Positions 27,052 to 42,000 of a stretch of DNA of 64,000 bases are shown here, piece by piece. The DNA comes from Antedon mediterranea. Lineage: Eukaryota > Animalia > Echinodermata. Location of the stretch: the NCBI RefSeq assembly GCF_964355755.1, contig NC_092670.1, positions 40,102,388 through 40,166,387 on the forward strand, given 5' to 3'. Under the pieces are notes generated by a model. That model had not been told where the DNA came from. It searched no databases and saw only the letters and a program-made list of their open reading frames with translations. A program made the translations under genes and the position numbers. Position 1 is the first letter of the stretch, and every line of letters starts with the position of its first letter.

Positions 27052-30000
27052 TCAAGTGGTCACAATCTCAGCAACTTTTTTAAGATCCGACATCAACATT
27101 TTTAGACATCGCTTAGCCAACGGCATGTCATCAAACGAAGTTTTGCTACCTGGTTTAGGCTGTGGTATCAAATAAACTGATTCTAAGGCTGAGAAAGAAA
27201 TACAAGAGGAAACCAATTGAGATTCGTTTACAGCTCATGTAAGTGTAGTACCAGTGCCTGATATTTACTTTTGGTACCAACTGAAAGGTCGAATTATAAT
27301 GCATGTCTATGCGCAAAACAAAGTCAAAAGAGAAAGAAGAAAAACAGGAACAGCAAACTAGTATTTTAACCAGAAGACGTGGTTACTCTATTACCACATG
27401 AAACTGAAGAAGAAAGATTGAAAGAAAAATGGCAAAGAATTGAAGAGATTGAAAGAAAAATGGCAAAGAATTGAAGAGATTGAAAGAAAAATGGCAAAGA
27501 ATTGAAGAGATTAAAAGAAAAATGGCAAAGAAATAAAGTGATAAAAAGAAAAATGGCAAAGAATTGAAGAGATTGAAAGAAAAATGGCTAAGAATTGAAG
27601 AGATTGAAAGAAAAATGGCGAAGAATTGAAGAGATTGAAAGAAAAATGGCTAAGAATTGAAGAGATTGAAAGAAAAATGGCAAAGAATTGAAGAGATTGG
27701 AAGAAAAATGGCTAAGAATTGAAGAGATTGGAAGAAAAATGGCTAAGAATTGAAGAGATTGGAAGAAAAATGGCTAAGAATTGAAGAGATTGGAAGAAAA
27801 ATGGCTAAGAATTGAAGAGATTGGAAGAAAAATGGCTAAGAATTGAAGAGATTGAAAGAAAAATGGCTAAGAATTGAAGAGATTGAAAGAAAAATGGCTA
27901 AGAATTGAAGAGATTGGAAGAAAAATGGCTAAGAATTGAAGAGATTGGAAGAAAAATGGCTAAGAATTCAAGAGATTGGAAGAAAAATGGCTAAGAATTG
28001 AAGAGATTGGAAGAAAAATGATGAAGAATTGAAGAGATTGAAAGAAAGATGTCAAATTAATGAAGTGATAAAAAGAAAAATGGCGAAGAACCAAAGAAGA
28101 AGACTGGGATGGCAGCAAGAGAGGAGGATCAAAGAAAACCAGAAAGGAACGATTGATGTGGAAAAAAATGATTTCACTGTCTGAAGCGGCAGCAGGGAAG
28201 GAGGGTATGGTATGGCATGGTAGGGAGTAAGATTGGTGTTGAACCAAAGAAAAAGATTGAACCAAAGTATGACATGCAACAAATACCTGTGACTTGTTCT
28301 TCTATCAATGCTAGTCTTTCTTCAAGATCATCTTGTGCTCCTGTCACATGTTCAAGTAGGTTTAGCTGGCAATCCAACATGTTGGTCTTCTCAGCTTCTA
28401 CTCTCACATCAACAGTACTTATCATTGGTATATCAGGAATGTCACGCGATGTTGATGGAATGTCACAACTCTGATGATGACAAAATTAAATTAATTTAAA
28501 CTAAGCAGTTTAATAGATAGCAACTATTAATTATTTTTGAGGAGTTTAAATGGTTAAATGTAAAATAAAGTGTCCAATCACATTTATGCAAGACCATTAT
28601 ATATATTTATATCTATTATTTCTTAAACCAATAACTAAATAAAGAATTATCACTTATAGTAAAATGTTTAAATTTTAAGCGTAAAAATGTCTTTAAGCTT
28701 CAGTCTAACAAAACATTTGTTGTGCACAGGAGTCACTTGTGATTGATTTACTAAATACATTTACCTGGATTGGAGTTTCCATTGAACTATCTTGTCGCCT
28801 TGCTGCTGGTTTCTCGATTTCTAACTTGTTATCTGCTTTTAAACGACCTTCGCCACTTGTTGATGGTATTTCTTCATTATCAAGAGAAGCGTCTTGCAAA
28901 ATGGAATCATTTTTGATAATTGTTTGTTCTTGGGGGGACTCTTTTGGGAAATCTTTCGCAAGTTTCTCTTTGTTATCAGAAGGTGAAGCAGTATCTTTGT
29001 CTTTTCTTTTCTGTTCAACTTCTTTTTTAATTTCTTCTTTTTTCATTTCTTCTGTTTCCAGTTTCTTTCTAGATTCCTTGCTGATATCTGCTGATGATTT
29101 CTCAGAAAGAAAAGTCTCTGAAGCTTCTTCATCTGAACTTCTTTTCCATTTTTCCTTCAGAATTGACAAAGGTTCATCATCTTCGTCACTGTCCACGACA
29201 TCAATTTCCATCTCCTCCTCCTCTTCTGTGTCTTCTTTCAAGTTGTCTTTTGAAAGAACCGTGGTGTCTTCTGAAGAAATAAGTTTGGATTTTTCTAAAG
29301 AAGTTGCTGTGTTGTCTTCTGAAGAGATTGGTATGGTGTCGTCTGAAGGAATGAGCATGGTGTCTTCTGATGGAATGAACTGTTTTTTCTCTGAAGAGAT
29401 TGTTGTGTTGTCTTCTGAAGAGATTGGTATGGTGTCGTCTGAAGGAATGGACTGGTTTTTTCCTGAAGAGGTTGCCATGCTGTCTTCTGAAGAGATTGGC
29501 ATAGTTTTGTCTACATTTTTAGAAAATTCTTTTGGTGCTTCTTGTGGTCTTTCAATTGAAGGTTCCTCAATTTCAGTACTCGTGGAAGGTTCTTTTCTTT
29601 CTGCCAAATCCACAACATTATCACCACTGACTTCACTTTTGCTCATTATTGATGCGCTTGTGGAAACAATATCATCTTCGTTAGATGGGACAACTTCTGA
29701 TATGTTAGTTGGTGTTTGTTGATCAGTTATCTGAGGACCTTCTGGTTTGGCTGTGGATTTTTCATGAACACTCAAATCTAAACTTGGATCTACCTCCTCA
29801 CTCAGTTCCACTCCAGTGGATATTACTCTGAATTGTTCAAATTCCTCTTTGTAAACTCTACCCCACATCTTCAATTCTTCTTTTAACTCATCAGGCGACC
29901 TAAAAAAAAGTATATGTGAACTAGAAATTTTAAGAAATTTCCACTCAAATAAGAGTTTTAGAAAAGTGGAGAGAAGTGGTGTATAGAATTGATTTTTTTA

Positions 30001-33000
30001 ATAGACTGCATTACAATGTAAATCCATATAAAAACTTACTGAAGAATCTTCAGCTTTTGTCGCAGACCTTGCAACATTTCATTAACACCATGAATATCGC
30101 TCCCGAGTTTGTGAGCTGCTAGCATCATCGTTGGAGACTCGTTGTCTCGACTACGATTACTGCTTAATGGAAACTGAGGGAGCTCTCCTGTCTTGAACCA
30201 TTCTTGATTGTGTTGATACTTCGCATTGGTTCGTTCACCTGGTGATATATTCAAATATAATTAATTAATCTTTAAATTCAATTTAGCATTGTAGTGGTTT
30301 AGTAATGATGCCTGTATGTATATATATATATATATATATAAACATCACAGGCAAAGAATAATAATAATTACTGTATATATACTGTACCAATCTAAAGTTT
30401 TTTCAGATCAAATCCTGTCTAAATTAAAGTTTTCTTTTCTTAAATTAAATCAACTTTACTAAGACTTTTGTTATGTAGAGTATCTAAAGACACTTTCCTT
30501 GACAACTAAAACAGCGCTTGCTTCCCCCAAATTTTCCAAAAATAATAAAAATAACTAACCTGAAGGATTTTGGCAGAAACAGCAGATATATTTCTTGGGA
30601 ACTGAAATCTGATTCAACCCAACACACATGCTATGTTGCCAACAGAAACATGAGTCACACTTTAAAAACAGAATAACAGAAATGTTTAAATATTATCATG
30701 AGTCCACTGCTTAAGAGCCAAGTAAAGTAATACGCTATAGATGTCAAAAGTAAATGTTCACAAGTCCACTGTTTAAGCGTCAAGTAAAGTAACATGCGAT
30801 AGGTGTAAAAAGTAAATGTTCTTAAGTCCACTGTTTAAGCGCCAAGTAAAAATAATATGTTATAGATGTCAAAAGTAAACTTGTTCCTAATTCCACTGCT
30901 TAAACAGCAAGTAAAGTATTATGCTACAGATGTCAATAAGTAAATGTTCACAAGGGTGATATGCTATACGAATATTAAGCCAGATCGCCATCTAAACCCG
31001 GGCTACATGTAGGTGATATGCTACATCAAAAATACAGTCCAGTGCTTAAGTGGATACCTGTGGTATGTGCAGTAAAAGTACAACTGCTTGTAAAATGTTG
31101 TGCTTCTTGAACATATTGTATACTGACCCAAGCAATTTAGAAACCAAGCAACTCAGTACATTCTTAACATCACAAGCATTTATCAAGTAACAATCATAGA
31201 ATTTATTTTAATCTAAACAATTTAAGTTTGGAATTTTGGCATTAATACCATATACAAAAATGGATTAACAGTGAAGTTTAATAAGAAAATGTAAAACATT
31301 TATGTGAGATTCGAAATCAATATTTTTAAAACCAGAAAAGAGTAATAAACAAAACGAGGGAAGGCAACTGATGATGTACTTAAAATACTTTGAACATTTT
31401 AACATGATTGGATTCTGTAGAAGATACTGGTTGAGTACAAACTGATCTTCTCTGTTTACGGAGTTTATAGAAAATACTCAAATACACAAATATTATCACA
31501 CATGTGGTAAATATAAGAGAAACATAAAATAAGAAAGATGCTATGCAAATCCTTCTAACACTATACAGTAAAAAATACTACTATCTCCACCTTTTACAAT
31601 TGGTATTTCTGGATTGATGAGTAGCCCAACAGGCCACATGCTAACTATCACAATGTATGTATGCTTTTCTTTATATTTATTCTTAAACCAGTGAGGTTTA
31701 AATATCGCTAAGTAACGTTCAATAGATAAGAAAGCTAAGTTAAATGAAGAAATTTCAGCTATCATCATTATCACACTTAGCATAACGCAGAAGACATCTA
31801 AATTATGAAGTACTAAAAATTGGATCAAAAAAGTTAAACATCAAAGTGAGTCAGCCACTGATTGGTTGAATATGAGTAATCGGGTGCTCTTGTGAAGAGA
31901 CAACAATTTAGGAATTACACAAAGAACAACAACATTAACAATAGCCCAACAGAAGAAATACCACAACCAACACCCATCACAATCCAAGTCTGCTCTGAAA
32001 TATTAAAATCCATTTTAGCTCTAGTGTCTTGTGTGGTTTAGTTGAACATACAGACTGTAAGACTACCCAAATGGAAAATGAGAAAAAGAGCCTGTTGTAT
32101 GTACACTATCTTGCTTATAATACTTGTATTAGATATGATCACTTAATGTAGAAATTAGCACAACAAATTGCTTTTCAATTTAGATAAATACCTAACCTAA
32201 TGACTTGAATTGTTTGGTGACAAAATTGTTTAAGCTGTTTAACAGCTTTTTAACAGTAATTGGATTTTAAAAATCCAATTACCTTTATCTTTGAAAACTT
32301 AGGAATAGAAAAGAAACATTTGGTCTTGACAATGCTATGGACCAATTCAGTTTAAATTACATAATCACAAGAAAGCTAACAAGCCTCTTTCATAGGCTTT
32401 GCATAAAATACTAGTTACTAGTCAACTTTAGGAAACAGGTCATTGTTCTACTGCAGTTACTGCAGTAACTACACATTATTTAGCAAGCTTTTTAAGTAAT
32501 CATACACCATTGCAGTGACTGCCTCATAAACTTCTAAATTGTACAAACTAAACTAAAACATAATAGTTAGTGCAGTTTTGACATGATCACTTTGTGAATA
32601 CATACTTAGGTAAATATTAAATTCTCCATTTCAAATTAATCTGAACAGTTTACGCAAGTGGAGAAGGAACTGTGGCATAAATATCAGATAAAGAAAAGGA
32701 TTAACGGTGAAACTGGTGAGGAAAAAGATCAAACATAAAACAACTACTTGAAAACCAAAATCATTGCTCGTGCAACGATATATCACAAAAAGGACAAAAA
32801 AAGGAAACCAATTAATGATATAAACAGAACTTATAACAAAAAATACTTTGAGAGTTTTAAGATGAAGAGATGGTGTGGTAGAAGATGCCAGTTGAGTTGA
32901 AACTAATCTTTGCTGCTTACGGAGTTTGTAGAAAATACTCAAACATACAAATATTATGGTACATGTGGTAAATAAAAATACCAGGAAAGAAAGCGGTAAG

Positions 33001-36000
33001 CTTATGTATGATAGCACTTCATAACCTTCTTTTGTTCCACAGTAAAAAGCAAATAGATCTCCTTCTTTCAAAAATATCATTTGTGGATGAACACATATTC
33101 CGACAGGCCACATGCAAAATATTACAATGTAAGCATGTTTCTCTTTATATTTATTCTTAAACCAGTGAGGTTTAAATATCGCTAAGTAACGTTCTATTGA
33201 TATGACTGCTAAGTTAAATGAAGAAATTTCAGCTATCATCAGTAACACGCTTAACATAACGCAGAACAAATCTAAATTGATATCAAATAGTAAAAAAATA
33301 ATAAAAAAAGTTAAACATCCAAGTGAGTCAGCCACCGATTGGTTAAATACGAGTAATCGTGTGCTCTTGCGAAGAGACGACAATTTAAGAATTACGCAAA
33401 GAACAACAACGTTAGCAATCAGGCCAATTGCAGCAACACCACATCCAATTTTGTACAAAATCCATGTTTCTTCAGTAATATTTAAACCCATTTTCAGTTT
33501 GCTAAATGTTTCCGTTTCTTAAGTTTGGATAACTGATTGTTGCTGTAAACTTAGATTTCTAAGACTGGTAGATACTGAAGCTGGAAATGATATATGAATA
33601 TAAGTGGTGCTAAAAACACACTTAATGGGATTCAATTAGACAATTTGTTGTGTATTTAAAGTAGTTACAGTATTAATTTAAGCATTGCCATCATATCTAT
33701 AATTGGCATAACAAGTAAATTAAGAAAATTACTCAATTGCTTTTACCATTCAAATTTTAAAAACAACATTATGAAACACTAGACCTTGTCTTTTTTCAAT
33801 TTCATTATTATTGAGTTAACAAAGTTAAAGTCTTTCGCAAGTAAATATCTTCAAATTGTGTTGTTGAAGTAAAGTTGGCAGATTAAGCATTTAAATCTAA
33901 CTTCTAAAAAAAGATACATTTCTTGATAAAGGATATAATTTATCTGAGGATAGTACTTTAGATATTGATGACCTATAGTAAGGGCATCAACTAGTCTTAC
34001 ATACATGGACATGATGATGTCATATCACTACCATATTTGGGCACATCTCACTTTTTTTCTCAAACTAGTTTTATAGGTGTAGACAGAGCTTTACTCCACT
34101 AAAATACTATAGACTTATTATAAGAACTACACTGGCAACACAATCAAACTAAAACAGTTCCACCATAGAGATGGACCAGTACCACAAGCAGCCATTTTTG
34201 TTCTCTCAAAACTAGTACCAGATAAGGTATAGTTATGACATGGCATGTAAGAGCCAAGATGTTTTCCTTTTAAAATATTAAGCCAAATCCGTCTAGTAAG
34301 CTAGGCTACATTAAGTGACACCAACTTGGCATACAGTATACCAGTGTGTCTTCTGACCTGTTGTACAGACTATTATCTTATGAAACACACGCACCTGTAT
34401 TAGAAATGATGACTTAATGTGGAACTTATTCGCATAACAAATTGCTTTTCCATTTAGATAAATGCATAATTACTTAAATTGATTTGTTGACAAAATATTT
34501 TAAGCTGGTAAAATCTAATTACCTCCATCTTGGAGATCTACATTTTAGAATACAAAAGAAATCTTGAATTATATTTATTCTCAACCAATTCAAAAGAAAG
34601 TCAACAAGTACCGTTCATTGGCCATGGAGAAAAGAGGATCACTAATAGGGACCATGACAACATTATTCTACTGCAGTTTACTGCAGTAACTACATGTTGC
34701 TTTACTCAACCTGTTATACAATTATTTAGCACTATTTTGTACTAACTTGACTAAAATTATACATTATTGCAAAAAAACATAGAATACTGCATCAACTGCA
34801 GTAGGATAATTAATAGACGTGATCACTTTAGTATATCATAGATATAGGTATGTGAGTAATGCATCCTGGGAATATATTAATTTACACAAAAATTAAGTGA
34901 ATACATATTTAGTAGATAAATATTAAATTCTACATTTCAAATTAATTTGCACAAAAAAGTTTACGCAAGTGGATGACTTAATGTGGAACTTATTAGCACA
35001 ACAAATTGCTTTTCAATTTAGATAAATGCATTATGACTTAAATTGATTTGTTGACAAAATATTTTAAGCTGGTAAAATCTAATTACCTCCATCTTGGAGA
35101 TCTACATTTTAGAATACAAAAGAAATCTTGAATTATATTTATTCTCAACCAATTCAAAAGAAAGTCAACAAGTATCGTTCATTGGCCATGGAGAAAAGAT
35201 AATCAATATTAGGGACTATGTCAAAATTATTCTACTGCAGTTTACTGCAGTAACTACATGTTGCTTTACTCAACCTATTATACAATTATTTAGCAAGCTT
35301 TTTTTGACTAACTTGACTAAAATCATACATTATTGCAACAAAACATAGAATACTGCATCAACTGCAGTAGGATAATTAATAGACGTGATCACTTTAGTAT
35401 ATCATAGATATAGGTATGTGAGTAATGCATCCTGGGAATGCATTAATTTACAAAAAATTCAGTGAATACATATTTAGTAGTTGAATATAAAATTCTACAT
35501 TTCAAATTAATTTGCACAAAAAAGTTTACGCAAGTGGAGAAGGAACTGTGGCATAAATATCGTATAAAGAAAAGGATTAACAATGAAACTGGAAATGAGA
35601 AAGATCAAAGAGAAAACAACAACTTGAAAATCAAAATCATTGCTTGTGAAATGATATATCAGAACAATGACAAAAAAAGGAAACCAATTGATGATATAAG
35701 CAGAACTTATAGCAAAAAATACTTTGAGAGTTTTAAGATGAAGAGATGGTGTGGTAGATGATGCCGGTTGAGTTGAAACTAATCTTCGCTGTTTACGGAG
35801 TTTGTAGAAAATACTTGAATATACAAAAAATATGGTACAAATGGTAAATGAAAATACCAAGAAAGAAAGCAGTACGTTAATGTATGGAAAGATTTTATAA
35901 CCTTCTTTTGTTCCACAGCAAACAGCAAATTGATCTCCTTCTTTAAAAAATAGCTTATCTGGATGAACAAATATTCCGACAGGCCACATGCAAAATATCA

Positions 36001-39000
36001 CTATACATGCATGTTTCTCTTTATATTTATTCTTAAACCAGTGAGGTTTAAATATCGCTAAGTAACGTTCTATCGATATCACTGCTAAGTTAAATGAAGA
36101 AATTTCAGCAAACATCAACAACACGCTTAACATAACGCAGAACAAATCTAAATTGATATCAAATAGTAAACACTGAATCAAAAAAGTGAAACATCCAAGT
36201 GAGTCAGTCACCGATTGGTTGAATATGAGTAATCGTGTGCTCTTGTGAAAAGACGACAATTTAAGAATTACGCAAAGAACAACAACGTTAGCGATCAGGC
36301 CAATTGTAGCAACACCACATCCAATTTTGTACAAAATCCATGTTTCTTCAGTAATATTTAAACCCATTTTTAGTTTCTTAAGTTTGGATAAACGATTGTT
36401 GCTGTAGACTTAGATTTCTAAGACTGGTAGAAATTGCAGCAGAGATCTGCTATATGAATACAAGTGGGCTAAAAATACACTGGAATTTAATTAGCAGTGC
36501 TGTACTTTAATTAGTTGTGCTGTATTTAAAGTAGTTTTATAAAAGCTGTTTCTATCATATATTTCTACAATTGGTATAATAAGTAAACTAAAGAAAATTA
36601 CTCAATTGCTTTCACCATTGAAATTGAGAACAACATCATTAGGAAACACTAGACCTTCAATTTCATTATTATAAATAAATGATATCAATTTGATAACCTA
36701 TTACCAGTTGAAACTTGTAAGGGTGTGTGGGACAGTGTGTTGAACATTTAACTACTGATCGTAGATAGAGTAGGGGATCATCTCACGGTGTACCGCCCAA
36801 TTCACCAGAAGGACCCCACCTGAAACAAGTCTGTGGACTTGGTGGGTTATCCTTGGTGTGCAACGCCCAAAAAAGCTGTGGCTTAGTGGTTATGATTGCC
36901 GGCTACCAATCCAAGGGTCTTTAGTTCGAGTTCTGTCATAGTACTCTTGACAAATTCCACAAAGACTTGTATTTAAATTCAAGAAAATAATGGGGGAAAA
37001 AACGGTAATATAGAAAGAGAAATAATAACGAACAACTATAATATGTATTTGTGATATATGACTTAACGAATACAAGTTTTCTTGTAGTACACTATACTAC
37101 AAAAGAGAGAAAAAAAAAACAAAATAAAGACTTTGTTAATGTAGATCATCTTGTGTATAATATTTTACTGTGAATAATAGTGAATTAATTCGCCTATGGT
37201 TATGCTTGGCAATTTGTCTGAAATTTAGAGAATAGAAAAAAGGAAAAATACAAACCTGTATCATAAAACCATCTTCCTCATTCATCTTACAGACACAGTG
37301 AACAACTTCATCTCCATATGGTTCTTCAGTCTGCATACCTTCTTCACATGTTTTCATTTCCAGCCTCTGTTCACGTGTCAACTCACGAACGTAAATTTCC
37401 TCAGTTTGTGAGATGTAACTACTGGATTCCTTTCTGTGATGCCTCTCTTCTATTGATAAAAAAAATGACTAGGAATTTAATCCCCTTTAAAATGTTTTGG
37501 AAAAATTTTAATTGTGCAGCATGAAAAAGATTTGAGTATGAATTCATTTCAACTCAAAAAACTCCCAAAATAATATTCCTTTTTAACATGCAAAGATATA
37601 GGTAAGGTTGAGAATATTTTGACATCACAGTTGTTGTACAACCATCTTTTTGAGAAAAATCATTGTACAAAACTGAAATGTTGAGCTTATTCTTTTTTTA
37701 AAGGAATGGCGTTTCTTTCAAAATCATTATTCTTGTTATAATAACACTGTGGTCCTGTCTTAATCAAAATATACAAGAAAACAGAGAGCTACACAGCTTT
37801 TGTTTTCAAAGCTGTTTCTAATATTAACACAAATGCATATCAGTAAGGTATACACAAGAGATGGAATATACCAACCTTTCCTACTATACTTGTAGGAACC
37901 ATCACTGTCTCTATCTCGATGTCTATGTGATTTGTGACTTTTCTTATGTTTTTCATGATGGTGCCTAGATGACCTATGCTCAGAACGATCTGTTGAGCGC
38001 CCTCTATCAGATGATGATGAAGACCGATATTTATCGTTGCTTTTACTCTTCTCTCCTTTAATTCTTTCATACTCTTTTGATCTATCTTTTTCATGTTTTT
38101 CTGTTGACTTCTTTCGATCCTCAATTTTGTCAGAACTTTTTTTATCTGGAAGTTTCAAGTGCTCTTCCTTACCACTAGTACGTCTGGTTTTCAATATATC
38201 TGAACTTTTTGTGATTTCACCAGTGAGTGCTTTCCCGAAGTCAGATATGTCTTTCGAACCGTCAATGGTTTTTTTTGTAAAATTAATTGTCTTTCCTTTT
38301 GAGTTATCAACCGTTTTTCCTTTTGAACTATCAACTGTTTTTCCTTTTGAACTATCAACTGTTTTTCCTTTTGAACTATCAACTGTTTTTCCTTTTGAAC
38401 TATCGATCGTTTTTCCTTTTAAACCATCGATCGTTTTTCCTTTTGAACTATCGATTGATTCTCCTTTTGAAACATCGACTGCTTTTTCTTTAGAACCATC
38501 CACTGATTTGCTTTTCTCAATTGTTTTTTCGTGAACCCCGGTCTTTCCAATCTCAGATGACTTTTCAATTTGATTCTTTACACCCTGGGCTTTTAACCTT
38601 TCAGATACTTTGGCAGGTGAGGGCGAAGATGATGATGATGATAGCCGACGTGATGAAGAAACAGCTGACTTTCCAAATAGATTGGATTTATTGGTTTGAG
38701 CATTTTTAGCAGATTTTGAAGTTATTGCTGCTGGAGCAGATGATCTTAACTTCTGTACCTTGGCTGGTTGAGTTGGATTTGATTTTTTTGTACCTGTTAC
38801 AACTCCCGCTGTAAGATAAAAATAAAGATGATGATGGTATTAAAGAAATTCATCTAATTCCAAACCAAAACAAAATTGAAATATCTTATTGATGTTTCGT
38901 CAACGCACCAGTTGTGGACTTCTTCAAATTAACGTAGAGCATCTTAAAGATTTTTCAGAACAGTGTTTAAGTGGTAACAATTCAATACTTACGTGTAGAC

Positions 39001-42000
39001 AATCTCTTTCTACTGCGACTTAATGCTTTACTCGCTGCTGAAGCATAAGATGAGGGCTTCGCTCCAATGTGGTAATATTTTTTATGATAATCCAAAAGAG
39101 AACCCTTTCGGTACGCTTTATCGCATCCAGGAATATCACACTTGTATTTGTTATGATCTAAATCTATGACCATCTCCTTTGGAGCAAGCTCTGTTAAAAA
39201 TAAAATAAATTATAAATAAACTCCACTTATTTTTAATTTCAGTAAGATTAATTTTCTTACACAGTGTGTTTTTGTGTTTTTTAATTATTAATGATACATT
39301 TATTCCAAATCTTTTGACTCCTCTAGCACTGACCTGCACTTTTCCTTTTCTACATATTTTAGCTTCTATTTTAGTTGTTTTTTTAATTATTAATGGTTCC
39401 TGATTCGAATACATATTTTACAGTTTGTTTTGATTAATTAATGACATTTGGAAGGCATTAGCCAGTAGCAATGTTTCTAGATTTGTTATTCAAACTGCTT
39501 TTAAATGTACATATTATCTTCAAATAAAAACAGTACATCTACGACTCTTTTACTGTTTACGAGTAATGTTTAAACGCATAGCAATGAACCAACCAAGAGT
39601 TCTACATTCATTTAATGCTATAATACTTACTTCTGTTAGGATCTCTGAGAAGACCAACTTCTTTGTCCGTTATTACTAAAAATAACAATTTAATATATAT
39701 CCTTTAGTCAATTCAATATATTTTTATTCCTTCAATTAAAAACAAAAGTAACAACAAAAATTTAAAACATGCTGAAGGTCCCAGATGAAAAACATTTTAT
39801 TAATGAACTTTAAACCTTGTACTCGTACCATTTGTGCATATATATATAAATTATATTTTTGAAAATGGTTGGTAATCGGCGCTACATGATGTTGATATTT
39901 TAAACTTACGTGGCTCCCTACTTTTCTTGGCAAGTTGAGACAGTAATGGCGTTATAGGGCTCCCTAAGCTGCTGGAAATAGAGGTGTTCGAACTTGCTGC
40001 ATGGAAAAGGATTGGATAGATTGGATAAATAATATTGGATTTATAAACAAATAAAAAGTAAATCATAATAAAACAATCCAAACAAAGTGAAATAGGGACT
40101 GGCATGGTGTAAGTAATAGTGTAAATAAAAATAGGGACTGGCATGGTGTAAGTAATAGTGTAAATAAAAATAGGGACTGGCATGGTGTAAGTAATAGTGT
40201 AAATAAAAATAGGGACTGGCATGGTGTAATAGTGTAAATAAAAATAGGGACTGGCATGGTGTAATAGTGTAAATAAAAATAGGGACTGGCATGGTGTAAT
40301 AGTGTAAATAAAAATAGGGACTGGCATGGTGTAATAGTGTAAATAAAAATAGGGACTGGCATGGTGTAATAGTGTAAATAAAAATAGGGACTGGCATGGT
40401 GTAATAGTGTAAATAAAACAGATGAAAAAAAACCAAACATCTTGTAAATTGATCAATAAAATTGAAAAAAAAAATGTTTTTCTGATAAAATCATAATTAA
40501 GAGAATAAAAAAATAGAAGCTTATAGACTAGAATTTAATGGGTTTTAAGTTAATTTTAACTGTATATTTTTTTTTTGTATAAGCTAAATCATTTTTTTTT
40601 TCTTTTTAGCAAAGTGATTACTTTATTAAAATTACAAAATAGCCTATTCAAAGTTCTTCAATAAATTGTGTAGAATGATTTATACTGTTATGATGTTTAA
40701 TACTTCAATTGAAGAGTTTCAGGTTTTAAATGAATTTGACAAATTTATTACAAAGACAAAACAATGATTATAAAAACTCTTTATTCAAATCTTTCAATTA
40801 CATATATATTTACAGAAGTTATGGAAACTATAAAGAATTACAGTTACTGGTTTGTATATTAGGGTCCACAAATAAGTTTTAAATATGATAATATAAAAAC
40901 AAATTAAAAAAGTGAGGCAGCACACTGTGATTCAATATTATTTTTAATTTATTTGTTCAACTTCAGGAACAAAACATAAAAATAAAGTTTGAAATATTGA
41001 ATCACAATGGCCTGCATCACATTTATTGGGGTTTGTTTAAAAGTTTATTGTAAGTTCATTCATACAAAAATCTGACTTAAGATTGGCCTGGCTCCAAATT
41101 TGCATTAGCAAACTGCTATAAATAGATTTAACATGTTAGTTGAACATTTCAAAACTAGCTAACATTTGCTTTGCAATTCAAAACAACAAAATCTTTTTAA
41201 TCTTTATCTCTGTAAAATTCAAACTTTTTTTGTAGAATCAATTATTATATTGTATTATAGCAATATATTTGTTTGTTTGCTAAAGAAGGTTGGATGCTAA
41301 AATAATGTTATGTACTTTATGTTGTTGACATTTTCAATGGCAAGAAATTAAATTTGTAATCCTGTTTTTTTCTTTTTTAATCTTCACATGCACATCTGTA
41401 CTGCATTTATGTTACTTTAACATAGAGCAATTCAGTCAAAATATATTGTACCCATGAAAAAAACATTTTTAAAAAAATATTTTTGTTGAATATGCCATTT
41501 TAAATAATAGTTATAAACAATTATTTACCTGAAAAAATGCAATTTAAAGCACAAAACAGTCAAATTGGCTGGAAGTCAATGGGTTTTTCATTGAACAAAA
41601 CCATTTATTTCACTTTGGCAGTGACAACATTTTTGTTAGATATTTTTTTCTACGAAAGTGATTAACTTGATTAAAACTGCGAAATTGCCTATTCTTTTTT
41701 TCATGTAAAAATTTTCTTTTTTCAAAACTAAATTTTTTACTGCAATAACAAATGATTTTAGTTTGTATAAATGTAGAAGTTTATATTCTTACTATTAAAA
41801 AGCTTGCTAAATAATTGCAAAATGTAGTTAATGTAGAACAATTTTGACATGGTTCGTTACAATGAATAAAAAATTAGTCTTTATATGTATGTCGACACTT
41901 TCCATTTATACTTTCCCTAATGTACGACATATCTCTATAAACATCTCCAAACAAAGCCTCAGCTTCTGCTAAAATTGGTTTCAGTCTAACTGGATCAAGA

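Noticed and set aside
28739-29722. 327-aa Ser-rich + strand ORF (also 38037-38534 and 56382-57192)
   Set aside because: Antisense shadows of low-complexity PHF20 exons.
32631-36367. GPCRs as further alternative terminal exons of PHF20
   Set aside because: Each has its own conserved ATG and a complete 7TM frame, and I saw no compelling in-frame acceptor at their starts, unlike the BEN exons.
36875-36945. Functional tRNA gene
   Set aside because: A and B boxes are present but the acceptor and T stems do not pair convincingly; more likely a SINE relic.
39997-40456. ORFs with repeated YTITPCQSLFLF/HHASPYFYL
   Set aside because: Translations of the 35-bp minisatellite. Only 39910-39996 is a plausible exon.
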